This document shows positions 10,357 through 19,665 of a DNA stretch of 64,000 bases, piece after piece. Source of the stretch: Candidatus Babeliales bacterium (GTDB lineage Bacteria > Babelota > Babeliae > Babelales > JBFXEV01); assembly GCA_050179755.1 (NCBI GenBank), contig JBFXEV010000001.1:553994-617993 (forward strand). The letters run 5' to 3'. Numbering within the stretch: the stretch's first letter is position 1; every line of letters begins with the position of its first letter. The notes below the pieces were generated by a model, which made no database searches, was not told where the DNA came from, and saw only the letters and a program-made list of their open reading frames with translations. Made by a program: the position numbers and the translations under genes.

Positions 10357-10812
10357 CTAACGCATTAGTGTCTGAAATAATGGTACGATAGTTTTTATTT
10401 GGTTATCAGTAAGCCTTGCAAAAAATTGTATATCAGCTTGCTCCACAGCAGGCATTGCTTGTGCAAGTGTAGTGGATCCTAGTTCCGTAAGCACGGGGTT
10501 TTTGCTTCTTTCATCAATTGAATGTTTTCGCTTGATAAACTTTTTGGCTTCAAGACCGCGTAATATTTGTGATGTACTATTTGGGTCTAAAGCTGCCATT
10601 CTGCCAACGTCAATTTGGCTTACCTTGTTGCCTTCTTTGGTTAACCATGCAAGTGTTGCAAGCACTACAAACTGGGGATGAGTTAAATCTAGTGGTTTTA
10701 GTACTTTTTCGATTGAGCTGCGCCATTGCGTGCTCACGCGCCATAACAGATATCCTGGGCTTTCTTCTGGTGATTTATAGAGACTTATATGTTTAAAATT
10801 AATTTCATTCAT
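10357..10812 (-). CDS. MarR family transcriptional regulator
   Basis: SPGYLLWRV, LTHPQFVVL, SQILRGLEAKKFIKR, DERSK.. wHTH motifs. Confidence 0.92.
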   Translation of the reverse strand: MNEINFKHISLYKSPEESPGYLLWRVSTQWRSSIEKVLKPLDLTHPQFVVLATLAWLTKEGNKVSQIDVGRMAALDPNSTSQILRGLEAKKFIKRKHSIDERSKNPVLTELGSTTLAQAMPAVEQADIQFFARLTDNQIKTIVPLFQTLMR

Positions 10813-11236
10813 CTAAAATAATTCCCATATTGTGTGCTATTAACTTGAAATCTTGATCTGCTATTTCAAAACATCCTCTTTTGAAGGGAAACCCCCAACT
10901 CTTTTTATTCTTGATAAAATCAAGATCATTAATGAGTGGTTCAATTGAAACATCTTGCGCAGATTTAAAGGTAACATCTCTACGCCAAGGAGTAAAATCG
11001 GCACTCATGCAAAATTCATACGGATCTTTTTTGTTTATCATGCCAAGGGCGGTAAACTTTCTGCAAGGCGTTTTTTCCCCAAAGATCTCAACAGGTGAAT
11101 AATATATAATCCAATCTCCTGGCGCCATGCGTTTTAATGGCGCTCCTTTACCATGGCACACTTGCGCGTATCCACCTTTTACACCCATTTTAACATGCTC
11201 GCGACTTGCAACGGCGATCCAATATTTTTTAGCCAT
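10805..11236 (-). CDS. EVE domain-containing protein
   Basis: YWIAVASREHV..G..GG.AQVCHGK..PLKRM.PGD.IIYYSP. Confidence 0.9.
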   Translation of the reverse strand: MAKKYWIAVASREHVKMGVKGGYAQVCHGKGAPLKRMAPGDWIIYYSPVEIFGEKTPCRKFTALGMINKKDPYEFCMSADFTPWRRDVTFKSAQDVSIEPLINDLDFIKNKKSWGFPFKRGCFEIADQDFKLIAHNMGIILDE

Positions 11237-11604
11237 CACTCACCCATTAGTTTATAGATCCTAATTCTATGACCATCAGGGTCAAGGGCAACAAAGGTTC
11301 GCCCAAAATCCATATCAGTTGGTTTTTGAATCATGGTTATTCCTTGGGCGCCCAACACATCAAAGGCAGCATCAACGTTTTCTACTGCAAAACAGATTTC
11401 CGCGGCGCCAGGCTCATTGGAAACTATTGGCTCGGCTGTGTACCGCGACCAAAGGCCAAGCATCACCCCATTGGTGAGAGCAAACATGGCAAATGTTGGC
11501 GATTGTTCAATGGGTTTAGTGTTAAAAAGTTTACTGTAAAAAGCCGCGCTTATAGCGGGATTTTCTACAAATAATAGTATAAATCCTAATTTTGGTTTAA
11601 TCAT
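11236..11604 (-). CDS. VOC/glyoxalase-bleomycin resistance family protein
   Basis: SAAFYSKL, SPTFAMF, MDFGRTFVALDPDGHRIR. Confidence 0.9.
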   Translation of the reverse strand: MIKPKLGFILLFVENPAISAAFYSKLFNTKPIEQSPTFAMFALTNGVMLGLWSRYTAEPIVSNEPGAAEICFAVENVDAAFDVLGAQGITMIQKPTDMDFGRTFVALDPDGHRIRIYKLMGE

Positions 11605-11647
11605 AAGAATCTTTCTTTCTTGCTGGGAGGTGATCTATCTAATCATA

Positions 11648-11677
11648 AGTATAATACGTATACGTATTATTTGTCAA
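11648..11677 (-). promoter_or_regulatory. Promoter of the VOC-EVE-MarR operon with a palindromic operator
   Basis: TTGACA-18 nt-TATACT; perfect 20-bp palindrome ATAATACGTATACGTATTAT at 11651-11670. Confidence 0.75.
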
Positions 11678-11807
11678 TATGGTGTTCCAGGGCTAGTAAT
11701 GTTCCAGAGTACGTATCGTTCTTTGGTTATTTAAATGGACAATTTTTAAAATTATTGCTATTATAAATAATAGTTATTTTTCTTAACGTCTTAATGGTGG
11801 TTTATTT

Positions 11808-13340
11808 ATGAAATATTCATATTTATTTGGTAGTATTGGTATATTTTTTGTTATTTACAGTGCCTTTGGCATGTTTGAGCCTAAAGAGCTTTCAGCAGAT
11901 TGGCGCACGCTTGCCATACAAGATTTAGAAAAAATCCATCAGCAAATTACAGATATCCATCCCGGTGTTTTGGACCAAGATCAACTGTGCCCTCATTTTA
12001 ATGTATGGTATACGCAAGGATATGATCAAGCGCTTAAGCGAGCAGAGCAAGTGAGTGACGTGCATGGCTATGAATATGCTTTGCGTTATTATCTTAATGG
12101 TTATCAAGACAGACACGTTGCGTTATTTATGAAAAAGGAAGCATGTAAAGCTATTGCTGATCGTGCAATTACGTATCGATGGCCAGGTTTTGTTATCTCG
12201 TGGCGTAATGGCAAGTTTATTGTTTCTGCACATACTCAGCAACAAGATCAATTTGATCAGTTACCACCGCTGGGTGCTCAATTAATTACAGGTAATGGTA
12301 TTTCCCCTCAAGAATTAATGCATCAAAATATATTTCCATTCTATGGTAATGCTCAGTTTGAAGCAGATTGGATACGTTATACGCCTTCTTTGCTAATAGA
12401 TCAGCATAATCCATGGGCAGCCTCTATTTCTGAATGTGAATTTTTGATTGATGATAAGCCAGTTACATTTCCTTTAATATGGCAATCAGTTACTGATGAA
12501 ACATTCTCGTTACTTAAAAAAGCACAAGAATGCATGGAATATGAGCAACATGCGCAGTTAACATATTTTGATGAAGATTGTGTGTGGGTGCGTATACCTT
12601 CTTTTTATTTGAATACAGAAGAAGTGGTTGCAGCTATGAACAAATTGCTGTGTGATCTGGAAACGATCCGTACTGCACGCATTATAGTGCTTGATATTCG
12701 TGGAAATGGTGGTGGGGCAGATGCGTGGGGAGATAAAATAATTCTTCATTTATTTGGAACTACTGTTTACGACACTGTTAAACAAAAGCAACATGGCCAA
12801 AAGTTTGATGAACATCGAGTTTCTAAGTGCTTTATCGAAAGCACGCAAAAACATTTTGAAAATTCATGTGCGCCAGAAAATATGAAGGCTCAATGGCAAG
12901 AAATGCTTACTAATTTAAAGCAAGCATATAATGACAAAAAACAGTTTAGTCGTTTGATATATGATGAAGTGGATATGGAAGATCGTTCACGGGCCGAGGT
13001 GCAATGTACAACAAACCCTGTGAATGGAACTGTCTACTTGTTAACTGATGGTGCTGTTTGTAGTGCGTCATTAAGCTTTGCAGATCTTTGCCTTGGTGTA
13101 CCAGAAATTATTCATATAGGTCGCCCAACTGGCGGTGACACTGTTTTTATGGATTGTCTTTTTGCTCCTACTGAAAATAACAATTTTGAAGTATTGCTTC
13201 CATCACTTATTAGGCGGAAACGTATTTGTAGAGAAAACAATCAATGTTATGTGCCAAAACATACATTTACTGGTGATATGCGCGACACACAAGCATTGCA
13301 ACAATGGGTAAAAGACCTTACAAACAAAGTTGTTTCATAG
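11808..13340 (+). CDS. Secreted S41-family peptidase
   Basis: WVRIPSF, IVLDIRGNGGG, VYLLTDGAVCSAS, HIGRPTGG motifs. Confidence 0.8.
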   Translation: MKYSYLFGSIGIFFVIYSAFGMFEPKELSADWRTLAIQDLEKIHQQITDIHPGVLDQDQLCPHFNVWYTQGYDQALKRAEQVSDVHGYEYALRYYLNGYQDRHVALFMKKEACKAIADRAITYRWPGFVISWRNGKFIVSAHTQQQDQFDQLPPLGAQLITGNGISPQELMHQNIFPFYGNAQFEADWIRYTPSLLIDQHNPWAASISECEFLIDDKPVTFPLIWQSVTDETFSLLKKAQECMEYEQHAQLTYFDEDCVWVRIPSFYLNTEEVVAAMNKLLCDLETIRTARIIVLDIRGNGGGADAWGDKIILHLFGTTVYDTVKQKQHGQKFDEHRVSKCFIESTQKHFENSCAPENMKAQWQEMLTNLKQAYNDKKQFSRLIYDEVDMEDRSRAEVQCTTNPVNGTVYLLTDGAVCSASLSFADLCLGVPEIIHIGRPTGGDTVFMDCLFAPTENNNFEVLLPSLIRRKRICRENNQCYVPKHTFTGDMRDTQALQQWVKDLTNKVVS

Positions 13341-13450
13341 ACGTTTTTTTATGTTACAGTTTCCTACGTGCTTTAATGCATATGTTTCAATTATAAAACA
13401 ATGATATACTACCTTTAGAGTAATCCTATGACTTTTAAAGGAGTAAGTTC

Positions 13451-14131
13451 ATGAACCAAACTATTCAAAAAACAATTCTGTTCTGTTTAACATTGGGAGC
13501 AAATGCTTTACATGCATTTGAAGATAATAATGTAACGCGCACGTGCCCGTGTGCAATGGTCCCCGACATTACACCAGATACTAATGTAAAAAAAGTAGTT
13601 AAAGCATTCAAAGAATCAAGCCCTCGCGGTCAACGCGCACAACTTGAAGGATTTATTAATCAATATGTAGTAGAACCGTATGATGTTACTGAAGCGGTGT
13701 TACTCGCATGTGCGCGCGTGTATAGTGAGCGCATGAATAATCAAAACGTATATCACATAGCGCAAGAGTTGGTTCATGCTAAAGCAAAAAAACAAGTACA
13801 AAAAAAAGCATTACTTGCAATTGGTAAAGTGCTGAAAGGCCCAAAGGCATGCAGCGTGCGCAGTATTAATTCAGACGCTGTAGAAACTTTTAAACTTGCA
13901 ATCCCTATGCAGCAGCGCGTGTGGCTGCTGCAGTATGCTGAGCGTTATGCAAGTGATCCATCAGAGGAGTTGGAAGTAATTCTTACCGAATGTGCATCGA
14001 TATATTGTGATCGCGTGCAAAGCCAAGTGGTTAATAAGTTAGTGCAAGAGCTGATTAGTGTATTAGATAAAGATGCCATTGTAATGAAGTTGCGGCGCGT
14101 GCTTGGTTTGGGCAGAACAATACGGGAATAG
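13451..14131 (+). CDS. Secreted hypothetical protein with two copies of a ~75 aa helical domain
   Basis: AAGGAG RBS, signal peptide, internal repeat. Confidence 0.75.
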   Translation: MNQTIQKTILFCLTLGANALHAFEDNNVTRTCPCAMVPDITPDTNVKKVVKAFKESSPRGQRAQLEGFINQYVVEPYDVTEAVLLACARVYSERMNNQNVYHIAQELVHAKAKKQVQKKALLAIGKVLKGPKACSVRSINSDAVETFKLAIPMQQRVWLLQYAERYASDPSEELEVILTECASIYCDRVQSQVVNKLVQELISVLDKDAIVMKLRRVLGLGRTIRE

Positions 14132-14317
14132 TTATCGTTTTGTCATTTTAAAAATTTTCTAAAATAATATAATAAGCTATTTTGAGGCTAGATCAATTGT
14201 TTCAGTATGAATGTAACACTTGTAACTTATATATTGTTAAATGACCGGTTGTCGGATTAAAACAAAAGATGGTATACTACCCTTAATAGTAACAATTATT
14301 ACTTAAAGGAGTAATAT

Positions 14318-14842
14318 ATGAAAGTATCTTTAAAATTACTAACACTTGTGGGAGTGTTGTTATGTGTGGCGTATGCCGAAGCTGGCAGCCAAATGTGGGG
14401 CAGCAAGCAACGCCAAAAACCGGGTGTTCAAGACCGCAGTGATTGCTTATCAGTAACTGATAGATGCCGACCGTGCAACAGACCAAAACAAAAACCGAAA
14501 CCTAAAACCCAACCAGCACCGGCAACAAAAAGTGCAGCGTGTGAGCCGGCAGACCGTTGCCCCTGTAATAAACCAAAACCAAAACCAAGACCACGCTCAG
14601 AACAAGCAATGGCAGCGTTTAGAAGCGCAAGCCCTGCACAGCAACGTCAACAAATGATGGATCAAGTAAATGCGTGGATGAGCAATCCGTGTGAAGAAAA
14701 TGCTGACATGCTTATGGCGTGTGCACAGATGTGGTGTGATCGCGTTAAAAATCAAACAGTAAACAAATTAGTACAAGAAATGATGTCTTCTACTAATAGA
14801 AGTGCTGTTAAGATGAAGTTAATGCGTGTTCTTGAGGTTTAA
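14318..14842 (+). CDS. Secreted Cys/Pro/Lys-rich hypothetical protein, paralog of 13451..14131
   Basis: AAGGAG RBS, signal peptide, DRC(R)PCN(R/K)PK repeated twice, shared CDRVxxQxVNKLVQE motif. Confidence 0.78.
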   Translation: MKVSLKLLTLVGVLLCVAYAEAGSQMWGSKQRQKPGVQDRSDCLSVTDRCRPCNRPKQKPKPKTQPAPATKSAACEPADRCPCNKPKPKPRPRSEQAMAAFRSASPAQQRQQMMDQVNAWMSNPCEENADMLMACAQMWCDRVKNQTVNKLVQEMMSSTNRSAVKMKLMRVLEV

Positions 14843-14850
14843 TTTTACAC

Positions 14851-14895
14851 ACCCCTCGCCCTGAGTGATTTGCGAAGCAAATCGTATCGAAGGGT
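14851..14895. repeat. REP-like palindromic element
   Basis: CCCCTCGCCCTGAGT-GATTTGC-GAA-GCAAATC-GTATCGAAGGG. Confidence 0.65.
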
Positions 14896-14914
14896 CTCGG
14901 CTGTTAGAGAATTC

Positions 14915-14937
14915 ATAGGGCGACGTAGTCGCCCTAT
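14915..14937. terminator. Hairpin between convergent genes
   Basis: ATAGGGCGAC-gta-GTCGCCCTAT perfect 10-bp stem. Confidence 0.6.
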
Positions 14938-14938
14938 C

Positions 14939-15385
14939 TTATCTTCCCCTTAATGCTCGTTCCGTTTCTCGTTTGATATCTTTTTCTTTTAATGAATGCT
15001 TTTTATCCGTAGCATTTTTGTGTTTGCATAACCCAATCTCCGCTTTTATAATACCTTTTTTATTGGCATATAATTTTAAGGGGATTAATGTTACACCCTT
15101 GCGAGACATGTCACCAATAATGCGTGCAATTTCTCTGCGGTGCAATAGGAGCTTGCGGCTTCGCGTGGGCTCTGCGCCTTTCATATACGCTTGCGCATAA
15201 GGACTTATATTGACATTAAGTAAGTAAAGCTCGCCATCCTTAAAGGTGGCATACGAGCCGCCAAGTGAGGCTTGGCCAAGTTTGATTGATTTGACCTCGT
15301 CACCAACAAGCACTATGCCTGCTTCAATAGTATCAAGTACTTGGTAATCGTGAAATGCTTTTTTGTTTTGAGCAAATATTTTCAT
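14939..15385 (-). CDS. smpB: SsrA-binding protein SmpB
   Basis: NKKAFHDY, EAGIVLVGDEVKSI, RKLLLHRREI, TLIPLKLY. Confidence 0.97.
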   Translation of the reverse strand: MKIFAQNKKAFHDYQVLDTIEAGIVLVGDEVKSIKLGQASLGGSYATFKDGELYLLNVNISPYAQAYMKGAEPTRSRKLLLHRREIARIIGDMSRKGVTLIPLKLYANKKGIIKAEIGLCKHKNATDKKHSLKEKDIKRETERALRGR

Positions 15386-15396
15386 AGAGTAATCTT

Positions 15397-15861
15397 TTAA
15401 GTTTGAGTGCGGAAGCTGTAGCAGGCGCGTAGTATAATAGGATATAATAAGACACTCACCAGAATGCCAAGTAGGTTACCGCCGATTAAAAAAGAAATCA
15501 TGCACGGTTTTGCAAAACCGGTAAATGCAGCAAATTTGTTTGAAACATAATCAAGCCACCAGGGAGTTATGTTAGCGGTTGGCAATTGAAATATGCTATG
15601 AACCAGCCAATGCCCAAAAAAATAGTCTGCCGAATATATGGGTATTGCTGTCCAGGGATTATTAATGCCATACGCCGCTGCAAACATGATGCCAAAATGG
15701 AGCCCAAAAAGCCAGGAAAATACAAACACCATAATTCCATGAAGGCCAAAAAAAGGTGAAAACGCAATATAATTGCCTAAGCAAAACGCGGCAGCAATAT
15801 GCTTTGGAGAAAGATCTTGGTTAAAAAGAGAGGCAAAAAAGTTTTTAATGCGCGTAAGCAT
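15397..15861 (-). CDS. DUF2062 family membrane protein
   Basis: SPKHIAAAFCLG.YIAFSPFFGLH, INNPWTAIPIY. Confidence 0.8.
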   Translation of the reverse strand: MLTRIKNFFASLFNQDLSPKHIAAAFCLGNYIAFSPFFGLHGIMVFVFSWLFGLHFGIMFAAAYGINNPWTAIPIYSADYFFGHWLVHSIFQLPTANITPWWLDYVSNKFAAFTGFAKPCMISFLIGGNLLGILVSVLLYPIILRACYSFRTQT

Positions 15862-16077
15862 GAGGCTCTAGGGTTAGGGGGTAGCTGAAGACGCTTTGCA
15901 ACTATGGCCTTCGTAATGTATCCTATAGTAGTAGTATATCTTTATTGTCACAAAAAAGAAGCGCATATGAGGTTTAAAAGCCTGACTGAGCGCTCAGTTC
16001 TTTGTAGTAACCTCTCAATTAAACAGGTTTAAACTGCAAAGTAGTATGAAACTTATCGTACAAGAAAGGAACTCTTT

Positions 16078-16758
16078 ATGAAATTAGCATTTTGTATGTT
16101 AGTTACTCTTTTAGTTGGTCAAGAGGTAATGGCTGCTCGCTTTTTGGGGACTGTTGTGTACCCTCAAAAAATTAAACAAACAGCTGAAATTAAGATTTTG
16201 TATAAAGGTGATGAATATGCAGTGGAGGCTGATACGGTCCCGGGCCTTGGGCATTATCAATTAATGGAGCGTCTTGACTCAAAGGAATTTTATGTTTTAA
16301 TTTCAGAGTCTCTTAAGTTGCCAAATGGTACTGGGTTTGAATGCTTTGAAACTTCAAGCCAATTCCCGTATAAATTGTTTAAAATAGCGCAATCATCTAT
16401 CATGCAACCAGATGAAAAAGGCACCATGCAACGCGTTAATGGCTGGGATATTAAAGAGCTTGACAATAAAGAGTCTCGTGAAATTCCAATTAACACCATA
16501 GTGTTTTTGCTGCCAGCAGCGTTTGTGACAGGCCTTGAATCTCAGACTTGGAGGAAAGATGACCAAGTAGCTTGGTTGCCACGCGTGGTTCTTGATGCCT
16601 CTTTAACAGAAGAGCGGCTCAAGGAAGGTGTGATTAAAATGCTGTGCACATTAATGGATTTTAAGCCGTTTCATGCACGCTTTCAACAACATGTGGCGCA
16701 AGTTGCCAGTAACTGCGTGGTTTCTATGCCACTCACACGATCGGGCGCAATAGGTTAA
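16078..16758 (+). CDS. Secreted hypothetical protein
   Basis: AAGGA RBS, signal peptide, 1 nt upstream of tsaD. Confidence 0.75.
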   Translation: MKLAFCMLVTLLVGQEVMAARFLGTVVYPQKIKQTAEIKILYKGDEYAVEADTVPGLGHYQLMERLDSKEFYVLISESLKLPNGTGFECFETSSQFPYKLFKIAQSSIMQPDEKGTMQRVNGWDIKELDNKESREIPINTIVFLLPAAFVTGLESQTWRKDDQVAWLPRVVLDASLTEERLKEGVIKMLCTLMDFKPFHARFQQHVAQVASNCVVSMPLTRSGAIG

Positions 16759-16759
16759 T

Positions 16760-17776
16760 ATGGCACTCATTCTTGGTATTGAAACCTCTTGTGATGAAGC
16801 TGCATGCGCTGTATATGATTCAGAAAAGGGGATGCTTTCAAGCGTGCTGCACTCCCAAATTGAAGCGCAGCAACTCTATGGCGGCGTGGTGCCCGAGCTT
16901 GCCTCTCGTATGCATCTTGATAAAATTGATGGCATAGTAAAACTTGCTCTTGATACCGCCCAAGTAACACTAGATGATATTGATGCGATTGCCGTTACCA
17001 ATAAACCGGGCCTTCCCGGCTCACTCTTGGTGGGTCTTTGTTTTGCCAAAGGTATGGTGTGGGCGAAAGAAAAAAAATTGATTGGTGTTAATCACTTGGA
17101 AGGCCATGCATTTTCTGCGCTTATTGAAAATAAGGTGCCGTTCCCTCATCTTTGTTTAACAGCGTCTGGCGGCCATACGTCACTCTATGAAATCACTGAT
17201 TTTGGTGCGTATACGGTGCTTGGTCAAACTATGGATGATGCTGCTGGCGAGGCGTTTGATAAAATTGCAAAGCTTCTCAATATCCCTTACCCCGGTGGCC
17301 CGATCATAGAAAAATTAGCACGCGAAGTAGATTTTGAAGATTTCTTTAAATACCCCCGCGGTAAAAAAGGAATTCTTGATTTTAGTTTTTCTGGCCTCAA
17401 AACGGCAGTGCTGTATGATATGGTAAAACGTGGTTGGTATGATATGGAAAAAAAGCAGCTTGTTGCAGCTGATTTAGATACCGTACGCAAACAAGTCTCT
17501 AGCTCGCTCCTTGTCTGCATTAAAGATATTTTCTTACATAGACTTGCCTATGCTCTTGAGGTTAAACCACATATAAAAGCAGTTACCTTTGTGGGTGGTG
17601 TTGCGTGCAACAAATATATCCGTGAGCATATGCTCGCCTTTTGCAAAGAGCGTGGCTTAGAGTTCTTTGTGCCATCACCAAAATATTGCACTGATAATGG
17701 TGGCATGATTGCATTTGTGGGTAATTATAAATATCAACGTAATCAATTTGACGATCTCACGCTTGATATATGGTAA
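16760..17776 (+). CDS. tsaD: tRNA N6-adenosine threonylcarbamoyltransferase
   Basis: LGIETSCDE, GGVVPELASR, NHLEGH, SGGHT, DDAAGEAFDK, FSFSGLKTA, CTDNG. Confidence 0.97.
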   Translation: MALILGIETSCDEAACAVYDSEKGMLSSVLHSQIEAQQLYGGVVPELASRMHLDKIDGIVKLALDTAQVTLDDIDAIAVTNKPGLPGSLLVGLCFAKGMVWAKEKKLIGVNHLEGHAFSALIENKVPFPHLCLTASGGHTSLYEITDFGAYTVLGQTMDDAAGEAFDKIAKLLNIPYPGGPIIEKLAREVDFEDFFKYPRGKKGILDFSFSGLKTAVLYDMVKRGWYDMEKKQLVAADLDTVRKQVSSSLLVCIKDIFLHRLAYALEVKPHIKAVTFVGGVACNKYIREHMLAFCKERGLEFFVPSPKYCTDNGGMIAFVGNYKYQRNQFDDLTLDIW

Positions 17777-17793
17777 AACATCAAATCAACGCT

Positions 17794-19209
17794 TTACCAA
17801 CGCAATTTAAACTTACAAAATCCTACAAAACTCATACGCAGCAAATACATGGCCGCATGGAACCTCCTAATTTGGGTGACGCCATACGTGCGTGCTTTAT
17901 AATGCACAGGTAAATCAATTATTTTTAAATTTTGCTTTGCAGCGCCAAAGAGTAAATCAAAATCACCAAACGGGTCAAATTCACCAAAGAATGCGCGATT
18001 TGCAACGATTTTTTCATAATCAGACTTTAAAAGCACTTTAGTCCCACATAGTGTATCTTTGAGCCGTTGGCCAAGCACCCAAGAAAATCCAACACCAAAC
18101 ATAAAATTGGCAATCAAATTCAAAAAGCGCATTGCTTCATCTTCCATGCCATAAATCAAGCGGGAGCCGTTAATGCATTCTCCTTGTGCGGAGATTAACG
18201 CGTTAAAAAAGCGTGGCATTTCTTCGGGCGGCGTGGTCAAATCACCATCAAGAATAATAAGCACGTCGCCTTTTGCATGAGCAAACCCTTTGCGCATGCC
18301 GTCGCCCTTGCCTTTGCCATCTTGCACTAAGCATTTAATATCTTTTTCCGGGTAAGCAGCCTGCACGCGTTTGATTTCATCAAGCGTGCCGTCTTTAGAG
18401 TGCCCTTCTACAAAAATAAACTCAGTATGTTTGCCCATTAACGGTGTGCGGGTGATAGCAGCTTCTACATTGCCGCGTTCATTTTTTACGGGAACTACCA
18501 CGCTTACGGTTACTTCATTAGCTTTCAGTTGTGTATAGATAGGGCGTGCAATGATCCATTGATTTAAACATAAGCGATCAATAAGTGGTATAGTTTGAAA
18601 GATGGCATTCACAACCCACGAAAATCCAGGGATATAAAGCGGAAATACCATTTGCCGGCCATGAGTTACCACATCAAAACCTGCAAGAGCTAAAAAATTG
18701 CGCATATCATACATAGATACCCAATTTTTTAATTGTGTTGGTCTTCGCAAACCAAGTTTTTGTAAGAGCCATAACGTGGGGTTCCACAGAGCGGAGTAAA
18801 AATCTATAACAATGCGCGTGCGGTTATGGCAATATGGCTTGAGTGATTCAAAAAGGTCTTGAATGTCATATACTTCCATGGTGGTTGATGAAAGTATGAT
18901 GTAATCAAATTGTTCAGAAATGTGTAGATCTTTAAGCGTGCCTACATGGAATTGATACTGTGGATATTTATGGCGTGCAAGTTCAATATTGTGCGTATCA
19001 TCATCTATGCCCACGCCTAATGCGGGTTGCACCGCTGCAAGTTTGCTTGCTGTTTTGCAACCAACTTGTAATACCTTTACGTTTTGGGGGATAGTGAATT
19101 GATAAAAATGGTCTATAAAGGAGTGATAGTACCAATTTTTCTTGAGCCAATATTCATATGATTTTGATTCAAGTTCTTTTATTTCTTCTGCACTTTTTGC
19201 ATATGCCAT
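17794..19209 (-). CDS. GT2 glycosyltransferase with N-terminal methyltransferase-like domain
   Basis: VLQVGC / FDYIILS N-domain; SVVVPVKNE, GKGDG, LDGDLT, DTLCGTK, FGDFDLLFGAA. Confidence 0.9.
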   Translation of the reverse strand: MAYAKSAEEIKELESKSYEYWLKKNWYYHSFIDHFYQFTIPQNVKVLQVGCKTASKLAAVQPALGVGIDDDTHNIELARHKYPQYQFHVGTLKDLHISEQFDYIILSSTTMEVYDIQDLFESLKPYCHNRTRIVIDFYSALWNPTLWLLQKLGLRRPTQLKNWVSMYDMRNFLALAGFDVVTHGRQMVFPLYIPGFSWVVNAIFQTIPLIDRLCLNQWIIARPIYTQLKANEVTVSVVVPVKNERGNVEAAITRTPLMGKHTEFIFVEGHSKDGTLDEIKRVQAAYPEKDIKCLVQDGKGKGDGMRKGFAHAKGDVLIILDGDLTTPPEEMPRFFNALISAQGECINGSRLIYGMEDEAMRFLNLIANFMFGVGFSWVLGQRLKDTLCGTKVLLKSDYEKIVANRAFFGEFDPFGDFDLLFGAAKQNLKIIDLPVHYKARTYGVTQIRRFHAAMYLLRMSFVGFCKFKLRW

Positions 19210-19232
19210 CGTTATCTCCTTTAAAAATTTTA

Positions 19233-19257
19233 CTTCATGCTTACCATACCATAAATT
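19233..19257. repeat. 25-bp direct repeat, left copy
   Basis: CTTCATGCTTACCATACCATAAATT identical to 21992-22016. Confidence 0.9.
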
Positions 19258-19290
19258 GAAATGACGGCAAATGTGAATAGCACTTTTTAA

Positions 19291-19665
19291 TTATTCTCCT
19301 GCGATAGTCATGGTGCCATCATCTGATTGAATTATGGTTATTTTTTTAGTTTTGCTTTCTACAAGTTTTTGCCATTCTTGAAGCAATTTAATAAATTGAT
19401 CGATTGAAATTTTGAAAAATGCGCCACCATCGGGTTCATCGGCAAATAAAGATCCAATTAAAATAAAATTATTTTTTTTCTCAAGCCATGCGCTATTAGT
19501 TCCGGTTATGAATTCATGAGGATTTAAGGCCCATTTTGTAAATGTAGGAATTGAATGTAATCGAATATCATTTAAGAAATAACCAAGATATCCAATTTTC
19601 CCTACATATTCATCAATTGTATAAGTTTTGAAGTTATCTGGGAGTGTTATTAATAATTTTTGCAT
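19291..19665 (-). CDS. Putative immunity protein of the upstream EndoU toxin
   Basis: Small protein without signal peptide; TAATG stop/start overlap with the toxin gene. Confidence 0.65.
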   Translation of the reverse strand: MQKLLITLPDNFKTYTIDEYVGKIGYLGYFLNDIRLHSIPTFTKWALNPHEFITGTNSAWLEKKNNFILIGSLFADEPDGGAFFKISIDQFIKLLQEWQKLVESKTKKITIIQSDDGTMTIAGE

